NCBI GenBank assembly: GCA_009103225.1
Contig: RHPI01001507.1
Coordinates: forward strand, 640,025-704,024
Reading direction: 5' to 3'
DNA length: 64,000 bases
From: Chlorokybus atmophyticus
Lineage: Eukaryota; Plantae; Mesostigma and Chlorokybus algae
The position numbers and the translations under genes were made by a program. The notes beneath the pieces are model-generated. The model was not told the DNA's origin. It did not search any database and saw only the letters and a program-made list of their open reading frames with translations. Below, piece by piece: positions 61,393-64,000 of this stretch. The stretch's first letter is position 1. Every line of letters starts with the position of its first letter.

Positions 61393-64000
61393 ATGGAGGA
61401 CGACATGGAGATCGACACCGAGGAGGTGCTGAGAACGGTGGAGACGCTAAGGCGGAAAGGAGATGGACGCAGCGGAGGCTTCTGGGGAGGCGCTGCTGGA
61501 GGGGCGACTGAGCCCAGTAACCAGGCCAGGGACAACGCAGGAGATCAGGCCAGGGACAATGCCGTCCAGATAGTCCTGGACACGAACGTCCTGTTGACGG
61601 ACCTGCCGCTCCTGGACGAAGCGAGGTCCTGGACCCATCCCATTACGCTGGTCGTCCCCTGGATTGTGGTCCGGGAACTGGACGGCCTTAAACAGGACAC
61701 GAGCAGGACCGCCAATGGGAATGGGAATGGGAATGGGAATCAGGGTGGGATGAGTGTGGCAACGCTTGCACGAAAGGCCACGCAGTTTCTGCAAGAAGGG
61801 TTTCTTAGGAGAGACGGCTTCATCCGGGTATGTGTTTTTTTCTTGTTGTGTTGCGGCGGTGTTGCAGCGGACTTCATTACGCATTACACGTACCTCACAG
61901 GAATTCGTGTTCTGTGTTTGGAGTCTTGAACCTCACTGCCAATACATGCACGCGCACGCGCGCACCCACGCACATGCATTCACGCGCACCTCCACGCACA
62001 TAAGCACATATACGCACATGCACACACGCGCACGCATATAGGAAAAGATGCACACATGCACAAACGCACAGACATGCACACAGGCACATGTGCACATAGG
62101 CATCAATGCGCATACGCATACACACACGTATGTGTGTGTGCATGCGCACACGCGCACACATACAGGCAAATACGTACACAGGCGCCGATGTGCATGTGTG
62201 CACACACAAACGCACGCACATGTGCGCGTGTGTGGGCGCGCGGGTAAACACCCTCACAGGCAACAACAGCATACCACACATAAACATCACCAACAACAAC
62301 ACCTGCCTAACAGGGTGAGAGTTGGGCCGAAGCGCGCGAGGCCGAGCTGTCCAACCCCGCGCCCGGCCTCGACACCCACAACGACGACCGCATACTCCAA
62401 TGCTGCTTGCACCTGCGCGCACAACTCACGACCACAACCACAACAAATTCACACATCCTCTTACTATCCAACGACAAGAACTTGTGCGTGAAAGCCATGT
62501 CCAACGGCATCCCCGCCGCCGACTGCGCCCGATTCAAGGAGGAGCTGAATAACATTGCCACATACACCACACGTGCTGAGAGTGTGAAGCTCTCAACAAG
62601 TGTTGTGTTTGCTTCCAATAATACCTCCCCACTACCAAGTCCCAACATGTCCAGTGAGAAAGCCAACATGCAAAGTGTAAAGTTGGTTGATAGTGAGCGT
62701 GCGATGGTGGAGGAGGCTTTGCGCATAACAGCTGCAATTTTTCCGGACATTGTGACTGTAAGTGCTTTGGTTGTTATATTGGGGTTTGTGACATTGTTGT
62801 TGTGGAGTGTGTGTTTGGCTGATGTGTTGTTGTGTGTATGTCTCTGCAGCATGAGATGGAAAGGGTGTTTGGCAATGACTGGCAAGACATCATATGCGAG
62901 CACCCGCCGTGGAGTAATGCGCAACAGCTCATGCGTGTCCTCAAGAAGCACTGGAATGCGGTGACAGACAAATTGGCATGACACACTTTGCTGTGCGCGT
63001 GTGTGTGTTTTTATGCTCGCGTGTTCGCGTGTGTGAGTGCGTGATTATGATCATGCTGTGTTCAAGGCGTGTATGTGTGTGCAAGCATCTGTGTGAGACC
63101 TGTTTGGTTAGTAACAACCTGCGATTGTGCAGGTGTTTTCGGACTCGTTTTCGCGTGTAGCGTATGACCACATAACAGCACTCGGGTCCGCAGCACATGA
63201 GATCAAACAGCGTCATAAGAAGTTTGAGCCTTACGCTGTGCGAGGTGCTGTTGAAGCCGTTGTGCAACTATTGAGCTGCAAAAAGGTGGGGTGAGGTGTA
63301 GGTGCATGAGCTTGTTCCTGAAGTAGTCATGTGTATGTGTTGATGTGCGTGTATATGGTGCAGTTAAAAGTGACTCCAGCGCTGGCTGAGGCTCAACATC
63401 AAGCAGCTGTGCTCAAGGAGCGCTGTTTACAGGTGAACACAACTACCATCCAACAGATATCCTGCCTGTTATTCGTGATACGCCTTTCTGTGCGCACATG
63501 GCTTACACATGCACACCTGCGTGGGCATGCGCATGTGCGTGAATGCGCGCACGTTGCATATGTGTGCGCACGCAATTGCACACGTGTGTGCGTGAGCGCG
63601 CGTGTGGGTGTGCGCAAGTGCCTGTGCGTGTGTGGTCTGCCCGACTGTGTTGTGCAACGTAATGTTATTGTGCAAAGGTCTAACAGTCAGCTTGTTGTGG
63701 CAGTATTACATGGCGCAGTTGGAGGCAAAGCGACAGCAGCGTTTAGCTGCAAGCGCTGAAGCTGCTGCTGTTGCTACCAACACTACTTCTGTGTCAACAC
63801 GCACACATTGTCAGGATGAAACAGAGCTTACACTCAGGCCGGAAGAGTCAGCGAGGGCGTGTGATCTATCATCAACAACCACCCCTCAAAGTCATGGCAA
63901 TGGTGATTCATGGCTACCCGTTGTAGATATACCAGATTCTCTCAACCTCATCAAAGAGATGGTGGACCAACACGCCGCCACCACCACGAGCCAAGATGAG
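61393..64000 (+). CDS. SWT1: SWT1-like PIN-domain RNA endonuclease with C-terminal helical domain; multi-exon, open at the window end; start codon uncertain
   Basis: IVLDTNVLL, LVVPWIVVRELDGLK, LARKATQFL, HNDDRILQCCL, LLLSNDKNLCVKAMSNGI and EMERVFGNDWQDII..PPW..LKKHWNAV. Confidence 0.85.

Overview
Eukaryotic nuclear DNA from a green plant lineage, most likely a streptophyte (charophyte-grade) alga; this is an inference from the land-plant-style GBSS C-terminus, orthologues of plant genes and short GT-AG introns. Eight apparently intact intron-containing genes can be assembled by hand: a GT77/XEG113-like arabinosyltransferase, a Rossmann+CIA30 plastid protein (At4g18810-like), a patatin-like lipase, a secreted ankyrin+multi-WW protein, a prolyl 4-hydroxylase with an N-terminal ShKT domain, a SixA-like His-phosphatase (At3g52155-like), granule-bound starch synthase and SYS1. 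A ninth gene, a SWT1-like PIN nuclease, runs off the right edge. The accessory DNA is dominated by inverted duplications: a GT77 pseudogene, a block carrying a bacterial-type heparinase II/III-like lyase and an LRR-like remnant present in two full and one partial copy, and an mTERF-like relic. The most striking unexplained pattern is strand asymmetry phased to splice sites. Exons run C-rich to G-rich, including in synonymous codon choice, and many introns run G/T-rich to C/A-rich. No rRNA, tRNA or CRISPR array was seen. Most ORFs in the supplied track are artefacts of intronic purine-pyrimidine microsatellites. All exon boundaries and family calls were made by eye, without database searches.
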